Below are positions 23,491 to 35,069 of a DNA stretch of 64,000 bases, in pieces. Position numbers and translations under genes: made by a program. The notes under the pieces are model-generated. The model ran no database searches. It had not been told where the DNA came from and saw only the letters and a program-made list of their open reading frames with translations. Position 1 is the first letter of the stretch; each line of letters begins with the position of its first letter. Origin of the DNA: Klebsormidium nitens (Eukaryota > Plantae > Klebsormidiophyceae). The stretch spans positions 302,436-366,435 of the forward strand of contig DF236973.1 in NCBI GenBank assembly GCA_000708835.1, in the 5' to 3' direction.

Positions 23491-25506
23491 TCAGGCCAGC
23501 TTGGCAAGGGCTTCGATGCTTCCATTGAAGTGCTCCCCGTAGCCTTTCAGCTTCTGCATACGATTGAACGGTTGATAAGCGTTAGACAACGTGCAATATT
23601 TGACGGGTTCTCAGGGGCACTCATTGGGTTTGAAAGTAAGTCGGTTGATTAACAGTCCTTAGAGCAGTTCATTCTCGCTTGTTGGAATTTTGCAAATCTA
23701 GGGTCTCAACCAGACAAAGCACACCTTTTGTTCAGTTGCAGATGACCGGCAACAAATATGCAAGAACCGTTTGTAGTCATTGAGGCCGTGCAATTGCTCT
23801 GTCAATACTCCACTTATCTCTTTTGTGAAAGCAACACCGCTCAAGTCCTCACCTCAATCGCTTCCGTGCACGCCTCCTGGTCAAGCACTGCCTTGCCCTT
23901 GGTGGCTGCCTGCTTCATGTAGCCATCGAGCGCCTTGAACGTCAGCGACTTCTGGTTGTTCTTGGAGGAGTCGTCCCAGGTCGGTGCGCTCGCTGCATTC
24001 TGCGCAGCACTAAGAACGTACTCCAAAACAGTGGGCCAGGCGGCGGAGGTGACCAGGTTCTTTCCCTCCTCAAGGATGGCTTTCTGCACAGTCAACAAAG
24101 TCGGAGGAACAAGTGAGTGTTATGATGCAACAGCTTAGGCAGAGGGTGCTTCGTTTCCTTTTGTCTTCAAAAGTGGATCTCAGCGACATGGAATAGGCCG
24201 AGCCGGTCTTAGAATGATAAAAGAGAAGAGCATCAGGACCAGGATTTCAAAGGCCGGATAGGAAGTTTTCAATGTGGACTAAAGCGTCAACCCGTCAAAA
24301 TATAGAGAAGTGACAACAGGGTCAGCAGGCCAGTACCTGTTATCATGAGTCATGACAAATGGCAGGCAGACGAGTTACGGGATGAATCAGTTCAAACATA
24401 AGCAAGGCTGCCTCATTCTCAGGTTATCTATGCTTCAGCCAAGGGCAATTGAGGAATTTTCTTTGGAACTGTTGGTTACTCCTTCGCTTCAGTCAAGTCT
24501 CGCTTGCGACCACTGTCAATCATGATGTGGAAGGCCCTACCTTCAGTGCTCCTACATGGACAGAGCACCGCCGATAGCAGAACGCATCGCGCCCAGAGCC
24601 AAAGCGGGTGTTTGGCATGGCTCTCCAGATCTGCATATAAGAGATGGCATGAATGGGTTGTGATGCAGACATCTAAAAGAAGAACAAGTGCCCCAAGTAT
24701 CAATGCAATCAGGCTCACACTACAAGAGTTGACGACAGCGGAAGAGCTCCAGCAAAGTGCATACAGATGTGCGTCCTTGACTTACATTCCTCTCCAGTTG
24801 GTCTAGCCTTTTAAGCTTCTTGGCAAGGTCTGGCTTTGGAAGGTTCTCCAGCACTCGGGCCTGCAGCTCTGGCTTCTCAGCAACCATCTTCAAAATGAGC
24901 TGTATCAGTTGCTCATTGTCGAATGCCTGGGGGAAAAAAAGAAAAAAAGTTCACAAATGTCAAAGATTGAATGTTTTCACTCCAGAGTCTTATCCTTTGT
25001 TGCATGATCTGAGCCTACAAAAGAATTCCAGAGTTTGCAATTGCAGTAAGATAGTACATTCGCGAACCAAGCCAAACATTTGCGAAAGAAGGGAAAAAGG
25101 CAAAAGGTTGTCAAGAAGATATCTAACATCAGCCAGGCAGAGAGACATTTGAAAACGGCTATGCCTCGAGCAATTCTTAGTGACAATCCTAGGTGCACTG
25201 TTAGAGATGTTGAGACAGCAGTAGACCTCAGGCTCATACGTTCTTCCTCTCAGCACTTTCCCCATACCTTCAGCAATTTTGGCAGAGCGGGTGCTTTTGC
25301 TGCTGTTGGCTTCTTGCCAGCAGCCACCCGCTTTTGCTTCGGTTTGATCTGAGGGTGTGCAACTGTGGCACCAACAGACGGTGACGTTTTCTGTTGATTG
25401 GTTCGTCCACCTCGCTCGCAGAGCCGAGCACGTCATCAGAGAAGCTGGAGCCTTCTGGGTCGACCTCTGGCTCATAGGAGCCATCGCTCAAGGCTGGAGA
25501 AGCCAT
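23491..25506 (-). CDS. Cut8/Sts1-like nuclear proteasome tethering factor, ~254 aa; complement(join(23491..23553,23853..24083,24541..24630,24786..24926,25268..25506)), with one base missing in exon 1
   Basis: Exons 2-5 are all phase 0 with GT-AG borders. The protein reads ...LPKLLK|AFDNEQLIQLILKMVAEKPELQARVLENLPKPDL...|IWRAMPNTRFGSGRDAFCYRR...|...YVLSAAQNAASAPTWDDSSKNNQKSLTFKAL. From memory this matches the order and spacing of fission yeast Cut8 motifs (L..LL...D..QL..+L...V...P+L......LP.P; P...G...D.+.+.R; P.+....HN..K). Exon 1 is 239 nt, one short of frame. Confidence 0.7.
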
Positions 25507-26085
25507 CTCAAATGCGGCAAGCTGGAACCACAGCACTCAGTCAACAAAGAATTTTCTTAGGCAAACACTTCAATGTCCGGTTAACCCTGCGGTTGGCCTG
25601 ATGTATGGTGGCTTTGCACAGGCTAGGGAAGCGTTCACCACCAGAGCAGGATCCTCCCTGAGGCACCTTGGGAATCGAGGTACCGGTATGTGACAGCGGA
25701 TAACATCCCTTGTCGTCGGTCGGCTTTCCAATACAGGATTCAGGAAGCAGCAAGTTCTGCCAGCCTCTTGAGTCTTGGTCCATCATGTCATTTCATAGCC
25801 TGAGGCTGCTGGTACAAATTTAAATTTTGGCGGGAAGCGAATGCTCGGTCGGACGATCTGCAGTGGGCTCACATTTGCGTTGACGGCTCAGATGTCTTCA
25901 GGCTTGAGAGACATACGCGATGAGCGAGCACAGGACATAGCGTATCTTCAACGCTAAGGCGTCAAGCGCAAGGAAGTTTGCTAGGAGCGCTGCCACATGC
26001 TGCGACCCAATCAAGAACAGCTGGGCGCAAGGTTGCACGTCCTGAGACAGAGCAAGAAGCGGATGCAGCACCTCGAATCGAGGAC

Positions 26086-27441
26086 ATGGCGACCTTAGGT
26101 TCTGCAGTCGGACGCTCTGGGAGCCTTTCTATCATGGAGGCGGTCCCTCTGGAGATGCTCGCTTACATCTTATCCCTGGCAGTCAAAGGGGACAGTGTGA
26201 CCACAGCATCATGCAAGCTCGTCAGCAAGGACTGGCGCGATCTGACGCGGCTGTCAAGCACCAAGCTGGTCATACAGGGAGACGATGCGGTTCCAAAGAT
26301 TATACGCCCTAACGTCTCGCTCAAACGAGCCCTAGACAAGAACCCTCAGATCGTGGAGCTAGCGCTCCACATTGATAGCAGAGGGGAATACTGGGATGAT
26401 GGGGAGGAAGAATGGGGAGTGAATTGGGATAGAATTAGAATTCTATGTGCGCTTCCTGTTAGGGCTTGGACTGAAGTCACCCTGCATTTGTCTGATGATG
26501 CCGAAACATGCTCTTTCTCGAGATTGCTCGCAGCTTCTAAGGACACTTTGCGGAAGCTTCACATGGACATTGAACTGTTTTTGCTAATGGATCTGGAGGT
26601 GGTCCTAAGGGAGCTGCGGCAGCTGACGCATTTGACAGTACGGGGATTGGGCTCCCTAGAACCAAGATCCCTGCTTGCAATTCTGGATACTGCTGGCAGA
26701 TCCCCTCTTCTCAATGTGAGGGAGCTTGATGTAGACGAGTTCGCTTGGTACGACCCCCCTGATGGAGTGATGCATCCTACTAGGGGCCAATCCTTTGCAA
26801 AGTTACAACAGGTGTTTCCAAACCTCGAGAATCTGACTGTGAGGGGCTCTGGAAAAGGCATCACCCGGGATGACTATGTGGCTTTACTTGGCGGCTTGCC
26901 TCGCTTACGAAATCTAGTTATCGAGGGCGAGTCTCTTGCAGTGGTGGACAACACAGTGCTTCAGACCCTCGCTCAGAAATGTCCATTGCTGGAGGCTCTC
27001 GTGCTAGCGCGTAAGGGGGTCCGCAATGTACATTTGCTCGGCGAGGAGGACGATGGCATGGGAACGCGCCTTACAGCAGCTGGAATTGCAAGTCTTCTTG
27101 GAAGCTGCTCGTCGTTGAGAAATTTGAAACTCTCAAATCTTCCAGTCATAGGCGACGAGGATTGGGCACCGTTGCTTCTAAAAATGAGATCACTTGAGTA
27201 TTTTGAGGGGCCTTTTCCCTGTAGAAGTGCGATAAAGTCCTTTGCAATTCTTAGCAACCTTAGGGAATTGGCATTTGTTCAAGACCAGGAGGTCCAACAA
27301 CAGGATTTGATTTCCATTTCAAAAGTTGCCAGGCTCTTACCCAAATGCACAAAACTTAGGGTTGTCGCACCTGGCTTGAATCCTGCCACTGCTGAAGCAG
27401 TGAGGATACAGCTGCCAGGTGTTGGTATTCCGAATGCTTAA
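26086..27441 (+). CDS. Intronless F-box / leucine-rich repeat (RNI-like) protein, 451 aa
   Basis: Uninterrupted ORF; first ATG at 26086. F-box-like VPLEMLAYILSL...SCKLVSKDWRDL is followed by LRR-type repeats (LRQLTHLTV, FPNLENLTV, LPRLRNLVI, CPLLEALVL, CSSLRNLKL). Confidence 0.85.
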   Translation: MATLGSAVGRSGSLSIMEAVPLEMLAYILSLAVKGDSVTTASCKLVSKDWRDLTRLSSTKLVIQGDDAVPKIIRPNVSLKRALDKNPQIVELALHIDSRGEYWDDGEEEWGVNWDRIRILCALPVRAWTEVTLHLSDDAETCSFSRLLAASKDTLRKLHMDIELFLLMDLEVVLRELRQLTHLTVRGLGSLEPRSLLAILDTAGRSPLLNVRELDVDEFAWYDPPDGVMHPTRGQSFAKLQQVFPNLENLTVRGSGKGITRDDYVALLGGLPRLRNLVIEGESLAVVDNTVLQTLAQKCPLLEALVLARKGVRNVHLLGEEDDGMGTRLTAAGIASLLGSCSSLRNLKLSNLPVIGDEDWAPLLLKMRSLEYFEGPFPCRSAIKSFAILSNLRELAFVQDQEVQQQDLISISKVARLLPKCTKLRVVAPGLNPATAEAVRIQLPGVGIPNA

Positions 27442-27638
27442 AGAAAGGTGGTGACTCGTGAGAGGGATTGAGTTTGGAAATACTCTCCTAAAAGATAATA
27501 CAAGAACTCCAGATATCCTGCTAATCTTCTTGAAAAACCAGGATGTAAGTACCCGGTTAGGTACATCAAATCCACTTTTCGATCTTGCATTACAGTGATA
27601 ACCTTCCCAAACGAGTTCCAGTATGTCATATCAGAGTA

Positions 27639-27830
27639 CCGTACTAGCGTTTAATTTCGTCAACAAATAAATAATTATTTGGCCTGCCGAAAATTTTAGA
27701 AATATATTTCAGGCGGTAATGGTTCGATAATGGTATGTTTTAGCAGGTAACATTAGGTCTGCCGAAGTCCTCAAACGTTTCATAATTAATTATTTGGCGT
27801 CGAATCTGACGAAATTAAACGCTGGTACGG
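27639..27830. mobile_element. Tc1/mariner-type MITE (192 bp) with TA target-site duplication
   Basis: TA|CCGTACTAGCGTTTAATTTCGTCA ... TGACGAAATTAAACGCTGGTACGG|TA: 24-bp TIR with 1 mismatch, TA on both flanks, AT-rich interior. Confidence 0.9.
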
Positions 27831-29013
27831 TATGTCAATGTAGTCCTTTGCTGCCAGATCCGTTCAAATGCATGGATCTCATATGCACTCAAAAGCCTGG
27901 TAGCATTCCACGTTTCAACCTATAGATCTGATTGAACGAGTTCCAAATGTCAGCGGCTGCATGCCAAGCAATCATGCCAGTTACTACTGTACACATTGCT
28001 GGTTCGGGCATCTGTCCAGTAGATATAGCTCAAACCATGCCCGGAACGGACTTTAACAAACCAATTAGTAAACTAGAGAAATCTCAAATCTGTCCAAACA
28101 AGAACCATGCAGAAAGAGTTGCCCGATCATGTTAGCCTATCATACGAAATTGCTCACCCGGATAAAGATCTGACCAACCGGCATGTTGTGACAGTAAGCA
28201 TAGTACTTCAGAAAGCAGCTCTCCTAATCCGTTTGCGGTTGCAATTGCGCAGTACTGAACGGTGCTGCGGCACATGCTCGGCACTGTGGTACACGGCCTC
28301 AATTCGCTCCTACCCCCTGGTGAGGCAAAGCATCAACCATTTATGCGAAAACAATTTCGCCCCAGAACCGAGACTGCAGTAGCTACCAGTGTGCCTTCGA
28401 GCACATTCAAGCATCGTCTCAGTGCAAACCAGCCCAAGGAAGCTAGCCATCCGGAATGTGAAGCTCAGCACTGGCGTGCAAACCGCAGAGGGAGCTACAT
28501 CCCGCAGACTGATGAAGCTGCTCACTCTACTCTTGACAGACTTCAGGCTGCGGAGACATGGGCCTTTTCGCTCGAAAGTGTGCGCGCACAGAAACGTCAG
28601 CTTGCTGCCGCTTCCTCTTTGAGGCTTGTTACGAGCCTGCACCTGTCACCGTTTTGGTTGGAGCGGAGCCAGCTGGTGATTGCTCTTCGATCACGGCCAC
28701 AGCTTGTTCTGCCTGCACGAACTCCAGATCGTGTGCTCAGGTATGAGGTGGCGCGCTCGCCCAGCCTAAGGTTGGTCCGCAGCCAGGTCGATCACAAAGC
28801 CGAGTGGACGTCAGGAATATATCTCCGAAAGAGTCAACATAGGCGAGACGATATCAACGAGCGCAGGACTCTGAAGGCTTTGCGCGCTCAGAACTTTGAA
28901 AAGGACACCGCTAGTCTTCCAAATCCTTGCAAAACGCAGAAATCCATCTGACCAGAACAAGATGCTGCGAGGAAGCTCAACGAAAACTTACGTCGATAGA
29001 GTCCTCCCGCAGG

Positions 29014-32000
29014 TTACCCCGGCTTCTGAACGGCAACCCACATCTGCTTCTGCAAAGACGGAACACAGAGCCGGTGAGGATCCGAACACGTCCACTCAAC
29101 CGTGAATCATCGTTGTCACATTTAATATGCACCACTGCCGCTGACAGAAGTACAAACAGACAAAACTCCGGTCATAAGGCCCGTGATCTCTATTGAAAGC
29201 ATCAACCGCCGTGACAGAATGAAGTAAACCTCTACCTCGGCGAGACTGCCAATCTGCACAACTCTCAGCTTCGTTCAGCCAGCGGTTCCCCACCTTCGCA
29301 GCGGCACCTTCAGCCCCAGTCATCTCCGCCGCCCCCCCCGACCCCGCTCCATGGGGCACTCCCTCCCGGCTCTTTGCACCGTCCACGCCGCTCTCAGTCA
29401 CCCCCTGTCCTGCACTGCTCGGCCCGTCCCCCTGCCGCAACATCGCACGGTTCGAGCCCCGCCCCCGCCCCGCTTGGTAGGGGCCCTGGTGCCGAGGCTG
29501 TCGCCCCAAACGAGGCTGCCCTTTGCTCGCTGCCCCTGTCGACTGCTGCAGATACGGGGCCTCACTGGCGCTCCCGAGACCGTTCTCCGACGCGCCTCCC
29601 GATCGCGTCATTTGACCTCCGGATGGGATCCCCAAGGAGCTATTCTGGATGGAGTCGGTCAGGGAAGCGTCTGAAGTAGGCCCCCCCGGCCGCTGCATTA
29701 AGCGGATTGTGGAGCCGGATCCTGACGCCTTGTTAACGTCATCCTGGCCACGTAGGGAGTCGCGAGGCTGCCGGGTCGGCCGTGCTGACGTTAGGTCGTC
29801 CGACTTGGGCGGAACTAGTGTGGGCGGGACAGAACTTGAGACGGGAGTGGCTCCAGAAAGGGCGGCCCAGGCGGCACTGGCGGCGGCAGCTGCATCGGAA
29901 CTAGCTGCACAACGCAGAACACTCACGGTTCGAGACAGTCGAAGACATCGTGGTCGGATGCAAACGTCACCGTTCATACAAGAGGTGCCAATCCTGCCTG
30001 CGACAAACGGACGGACTCTGCCTGCAAATGGGCCAGCGCTTTGTCATCACAGACGGGAGGAGAAGGAAACGAAGAAACCGGGGCCGATACCGCCTGACAA
30101 AACGGGGAGGGCTCAAGCAGGTGGCAGGCAGCGGGAACACAAAACTTCCAAGTCGATTCAACCTTTAGTGATGATGTGGAGAATCGGATCGAGCAAACTT
30201 CCACTTATACATCACAAAAATGGCCAATGATGGTGCTAGACTTACCGTCAGGTGCAAGCCCGCGACCCTGACCGCGCCGTCTCGAGCCCCGTCCTCCACC
30301 CCTGCCAGTCCCCTCATCCCGAGCCCGGGGGGGCTGGCTGCCAGCCATTTGTTGCCCCCTGCCAGCAGATCGGGCTGTCGACTGTCCGATATTTAAAGCG
30401 TCGAGCCTGCTTGTGACTCCACCGATCGAAGATTCCTCTCCGCTGATCCGCACACCGGAGACTCCCTCGCCGGCAGACTGCGGAGCCATTCGGTCGCCGT
30501 TAGCAGGACTGGTCCCACCAGCCTCCCGCTGCAGGATGGTCACTTGCGACGCGGCGCCTGCGGAAGCCCCCTGTTGACCCCGCTTGTTCGGACCGCCGGA
30601 CGGGACGCGCTCTTGCGACGCAGCAACCCCCCTCAAACCGATCCGTTTTGGCTCCGGCCCCTCCCCTGCGGGCGCTCTCAGCAGCCCGTCGCTGACGTCA
30701 TCCCAGCCCGTCGCTTGTGGCTCGCTCTCGCTCCTTCCCCCCGACGACCTGCCCCCGCGACCCCCCCCCTCCGAGAAGCGCCCTCCTTCCTTCCGCCCGC
30801 GCTTGGCTCAGTCCCCGTCTTTGCCATGTTCGCGGCAAGCGGGTTCTCGGTCCCCCAATCCGCAGAAGGACCCGCGGAACTGTTCGCAGCGGTTGAAGCT
30901 CCGTCGGGGAGGTCGCCCCACCCGCTGGGCTCGGCCGGAAGAGGACTCGGCGCAGGGGCACTTCGCTGATCTCTCCTGGACTGCCGGCCACCCCCCCGGG
31001 AAGTGCCGTCCCCGAATCCGGCATCTCTGACATCAGCATCCCGGCTGCCACGTGGCGGCCTCCCGAGTCCCCCTCCGATGATGGATGCAAGGGCGCCTTT
31101 GACGATGCGCTTTTCGGGACCCCCCCGAGCGGAGGCGTCTTTTCTCCGGTCGCTTGAAGGGCCGGCTTCGCTCTCAGGAGTTGGGGGCCGTTTCAGGATG
31201 CCAGTCGGGTCACGGGGGGTGGAACGGGCAGCATTTTGGGAGGATGAGTCGGTCTTGTCCGCTTCACAAGCTGTGAAGAAAATGTTGGTTTAGCAAACCC
31301 ATCGAACCATCCGTGTGCGTCAGACTCCTTGCATTCTGACGCTGACATACGTAAGTAGCTGGCCGTTTCTGTTGCGTCCAAAACTCTTTCTTAGATCAAA
31401 CAGAGTCTCGATTTGATAGCAGATGGTACAGGAAGGCCTACAATAAGTACTGACATTCCACTCACCCGGTTCAACAAAGCCGGCATACACTGGTAAGTAC
31501 GCGAAACGGGAAAGGACTTACCCGAGCTAGAGTCCCGTCTAGATGTACGTGCGGACGACTTTCGAGACGAATCATCTTTGCCGGTGCCCTTCCGCTCCAA
31601 TATACCCTTCTCATTGGAGCCGCCTTTCCCGCTTCTGCTGGAGGCCGAACCCAAGGGAGCCGCTGAAGCTGCTTTCCGTGCCGAGTCCCTAGACGTGCTT
31701 CGGGGCCCGACTTTCTGCAAGGAGGTCGAATAGCACGTGATGTCATTGACAGCTCGCCTTTTAAGAGGAAAGCGTGTCCTGCGAAGGTCAAAAGCCGGAG
31801 ACGGAAGGAAGGCCAAGAGCTTCGGAACGTTCGATGCAGGCTGTCCGTTGAGGATCTGAGAATGACGATGCTAACAGCAACACGCCAGCGCTTTCAGCTC
31901 AAGACGTCAGTCTGTCGACGTAAGCGTAGGTGGGAATGAGTCCTACGACGGGCGCTGTCGTAGTTATCGACTTCCAAACCGAGCCCCCGCTATCGGGTGT

Positions 32001-34155
32001 TACCTCGAGCTCGCAGTCACAGATGCCCAATCAGGACTCTCTGCTGAGCGTAACCCAAGCCGGACAGGGTAGAGCAGCCTCACCTCCCTCCCTGCTGCCT
32101 TGCTGGCCCTCTTGTCCCGGATGAACTGGATGAGCGGCGTGATTATCGGGCCTTTGGCAGCTGTCAAAAGACATCAACAGCCACAAAGTTTATTTGAATG
32201 GGAAACCAGGCTTGTGGGCACACGGGGCAACTCCCTGAAGCGTGACTAATGAGAAACATGAGGGTGAAGGAACAGCCAGCTATGAAGCAAACGGACAAAC
32301 GGGCAAGCTTTCAGGGCTTCTTTGGAGTCACTAATGAGAGAAAGGCTTCCCAATGCGCTGGAAGGAAAGCGGTAGGTTTGGAAGGTGGATAGACATAATG
32401 CACGGCCCGGATCTTGTCAGCCTTACTATATATTTGGTCCAAGTGAAGTGCCATCACTGTGGACCGACTTCACAGCCTCTCTTGAGGTACAGACTCACCT
32501 GCTTTTTCTGCCTCTTCCCTTTTAGCATCGCTGGCAGAAGCGCTCGGCTTGGGATTTTCCAGCTCAGCCAGGAAAGAGAGATAGTCGGGATCTGGAAGGA
32601 TGCTACAATCTGTCAGCTCCAGGACAAGGTGGAACGCCAGACAATGCTGGAAGTAGAGGTGTCTCCGAAGGTGTCTCCGAAGGTGTCTCCGAAAAGTACG
32701 TGCGAGTACAATCAGGGAAAATACCTTCATAACCACTGTCTGTAATTGAGCTGCCACCGAGGCCACAGAGCAACACAAACATGCGAGCGGTTGAATTCTC
32801 AGTCAAGGGCAGCCAACCCAGGCGTCTTATTACTAATCTGGCGCCTAGGGAGAGAAGAAAGCAACTGCAAAACCAACTTGGTGCCAAGATGCTGAAGGTT
32901 GCTGCGAAATGTTATGACAAAGCGCGGTATATGCATTCTTCCTTTTGCACACAGGTGTAAACATCTGCAGGCATATGCTACCCGCTCTTTCATGACCAAA
33001 AGCACAGTTGATTTGTATCGATTCATACCTTCAAATATGGTGCCTTCCCGCAGGTCCTTCTTGTTGCGCCCTTTCGGAACCTTCTGATAAGGAGCATACT
33101 CCACCTCTGCTCTGAATTGGACCCCTGAAGGCAACACGACTTATTCAGTTCTTGGGTCAGTGTGTTGTGGATTCAGGCAATGAGCGTTTCTAAACAATAA
33201 ACATCAAAGAAGCAATCAGACACCATTTTGAGATGCTGTAGAAAAATGTGACAACGTTTTTGGTGCCACTAAGGAACTGCCTCTTGGTTAAAAGAACGTC
33301 AAAAGCTCTCAAGCCACCACCAAATGCAACCTTTTGCCTTCACTTCAACGATGCCGTCATGACTTACCCTTTTCATTGACAAAGATGTGGCCATCAAAAC
33401 TCTCGTAGAAGTCGTATACGAGCTCCGCTTTCTTGAAGTTAAGGTAAGCTCTTGAGTGCACCAGCCTCCGGTGACTGTAGAAAGTGTTTAACGAAATAAG
33501 TTATCCCCCCAACTCAAGTTTCAGGACACCACTTGTCTAGAAGAGCATTGGAGCAAATCAATGATACCTCCTGAGAAACAAGCCTTGGTCTGATGAAACC
33601 CCCGTCTATGCAAAAGCATCGACCTAATTTTCTTCCTCGCTGTGTCCCACCTCATCACAGGCTTTCAGCAACGGAGAAATTTTTTACGACAAAATCTAAT
33701 GCACAAGATGAACTGAGATGCTCAAGCAATACGAAAAGGTGCGAGCCTAGATCGCATGCCTGTTTCAGAATCTGGCGCCATCATAAGTCTATGTCATGAA
33801 ACTTCCACAACTAGCTATGCTGTAACCTTCCTTCCTTCTTTCGTACTGAATGATATCTAGACTATGCTTGGTATTCTCCTTTTACAGCAACAGGCAATGC
33901 CGGACCAAAATAGGTTAAGAAACACTTTTAGCTTGGAGGCGCCATGGTCTCTGCTGACCCAATCAATCAGAAGCGAAGACTTGCTTTTCCTTGCTTCCCT
34001 CCCGTCACCGATCCTCACCTCAGCTTTCCAGGGTAGTAAGAGAACCAATCATAAGCTCCTTCAAAATTCTTGTTCACCGCCTCCAGAAGCCCTTCCTGCT
34101 TCAAATACGGTGGCAATTTTCTAATGACAACTTTTGTTTTACTTTCCTGCGCCAT
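29014..34155 (-). CDS. UPF3: UPF3 nonsense-mediated decay factor, ~791 aa; complement(join(29014..29049,29294..29904,30246..31270,31522..31714,32084..32160,32499..32591,33029..33124,33368..33474,34019..34155)), with one base missing in exon 7
   Basis: MAQESKTKVVIRKLPPYL...DWFSYYPGK|...HSRAYLNFK...FDGHIFVNEKG|VQFRAEVEYAPYQKVPK...KDLREGTIFE|DPDYLSFL...|IITPLIQFIRDKRA is the Smg4/UPF3 domain. The C-terminal KQMWVAVQKPG resembles the plant UPF3 tail. All splice phases are consistent except for a one-base deficit at the C9 run 30761-30769. Confidence 0.9.
32658..32693. repeat. 12-bp tandem repeat x3 (GGTGTCTCCGAA) in UPF3 intron 3
   Basis: Three exact copies. Confidence 0.9.
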
Positions 34156-34380
34156 CTTTCCTCATCCAAATGATCAGTTTTGCTTCTCCACTACGCCCGG
34201 CTTGTTGTGGATAAGATAGACGTTCAATGACAAAAAGCTCGGTCAAAATTCAGTCAGTGGCTGGCTCTCGCCATCCCTGGCAAGGCCATGGTGGCTTAGC
34301 AGGCTTGCCCTTCATTTAATCAAAGCAGGGCTCCGCCAATTTTGCGTGAGCCAAGACAATGAGGAGCTTTCATGCACTGC

Positions 34381-34801
34381 TGACAGAGGGGGGACAAGGA
34401 GAATGATTCTTTTGGCGACCCTGAGCCCGGGGGCTGTTGGAAGGTGCCTTTAGTGACCTGGGGTTGACTCCATCCGGGAGATGCGGACCTCATGTGTCAA
34501 AGCGTATGCTATGATAGCTATGATATACTTAACACAATTCAAGATGCCTTGCCTCAGTAGGTCCTCTCCGAGTCCAACATAATTCGCAGCAGCACAAACC
34601 CGAAGCCTGACCCAAATCGATGAGGGCCGATGAGGAGATACTCACCGTCCGATGATTGGCATTTATACATCCGACGGTTGATTACTTGCTATCTGCACAC
34701 GTGGAGTTCTGGTCAAGCTGCAGACGTAGATGAGGCACCTTCCAACAGCCCCCGGGCTCAGGGTCCCGAAAAGAACCATTCTCCTTGTCCGCCCTCTGAC
34801 A
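34381..34801. repeat. 69-bp near-perfect inverted repeat pair in the UPF3/NOC3 divergent intergenic region
   Basis: The reverse complement of 34381-34449 is AGGCACCTTCCAACAGCCCCCGGGCTCAGGGTCGCCAAAAGAATCATTCTCCTTGTCCCCCCTCTGTCA. The + strand at ~34733-34801 reads AGGCACCTTCCAACAGCCCCCGGGCTCAGGGTCCCGAAAAGAACCATTCTCCTTGTCCGCCCTCTGACA (about 90% identical). Confidence 0.9.
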
Positions 34802-35069
34802 AGCTTTCAAGAGCTGACCACGAGTGGGTTTAAGTGCGGAAACTTGTTGAGTTTAAGTGTAACATTTTATCCCCATAACGCCTGCCATCGAACCTCTATG
34901 GGGGACCATATTACTCAGTTTATTTCGATGGCGCTACTTCGATAAAGTCAAATGGTGCGGTTTTCATACATTATAATCATGTAGGTTTTCGTAACAAGGG
35001 GGGCCACAACCACTACGTATGATGCATGTTGCTGATCACAGTTCTGAACTCTGACAAAGCCAATTTGTC

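Noticed and set aside
28262-28951. 229-aa plus-strand ORF converging on the UPF3 3' end
   Set aside because: Low-information composition, no domain and no splice evidence. Long chance ORFs are common at this GC content.
29350-31293. Numerous long plus-strand ORFs (e.g. 29649-30230, 30544-30969, 30584-31030)
   Set aside because: Antisense shadows of the GC-rich UPF3 exons.
32800-32850. GARLVIRRLGWLPLTE resembling the UPF3 N-terminal KVVIRRLPP motif
   Set aside because: The true N-terminal exon (TKVVIRKLPP) is at 34019-34155. This match lies in intron 3 and is probably chance.
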